A stretch of DNA of 64,000 nucleotides from Eledone cirrhosa (Eukaryota). Positions 63,970-64,000 of the stretch are shown in pieces. Both the position numbers and the translations under genes were made by a program. The notes below the pieces were generated by a model that did no database searches, was not told the DNA's origin, and saw only the letters and a program-made list of their open reading frames with translations. Every line of letters starts with the position of its first letter. Positions within the stretch are counted from its first letter, which is position 1. The stretch lies in contig OZ024752.1 in the NCBI GenBank assembly GCA_964016885.1, positions 35,650,001 to 35,714,000 on the forward strand, read 5' to 3'.

Positions 63970-64000
63970 TGTGTGTGTGTGTGTGTGTGTGTGTTTGTGT

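Overview
Gene-free, AT-rich eukaryotic repeat region. The SINE types and (TA)n/(TACA)n density suggest an octopus-like cephalopod, which is an inference. About half the window is interrupted (TA)n/(CA)n/(TACA)n microsatellite, and nearly all long 'YIYI' ORFs are artefacts of it. Embedded in the arrays are 5'-truncated retroelements: a Penelope-like (Neptune-type RT + GIY-YIG) fragment, an R4/Dong-like RT-RLE LINE, two near-identical CR1-clade LINE copies, and RTE fragments including a twin-primed one and two 5'UTR pieces. There are also tRNA-derived SINEs, Helitron-like and piggyBac-like non-autonomous elements and a 42-bp minisatellite with higher-order structure. The main finding is that most short unique-looking islands between the TA arrays are 150-500 bp non-coding modules carrying minimal type-I hammerhead ribozyme motifs (C[T/C]GANGA...GAAA...NUH). 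I read about 25 motifs in at least 10 sequence families, with covarying stems. Many are arranged as fold-back inverted repeats whose turning points fall on ribozyme helices. One family is the 3' end of the Penelope element, which suggests a microsatellite-targeting Penelope/pLTR-derived ribozyme mini-element system. All folds were read by eye; none was computed.
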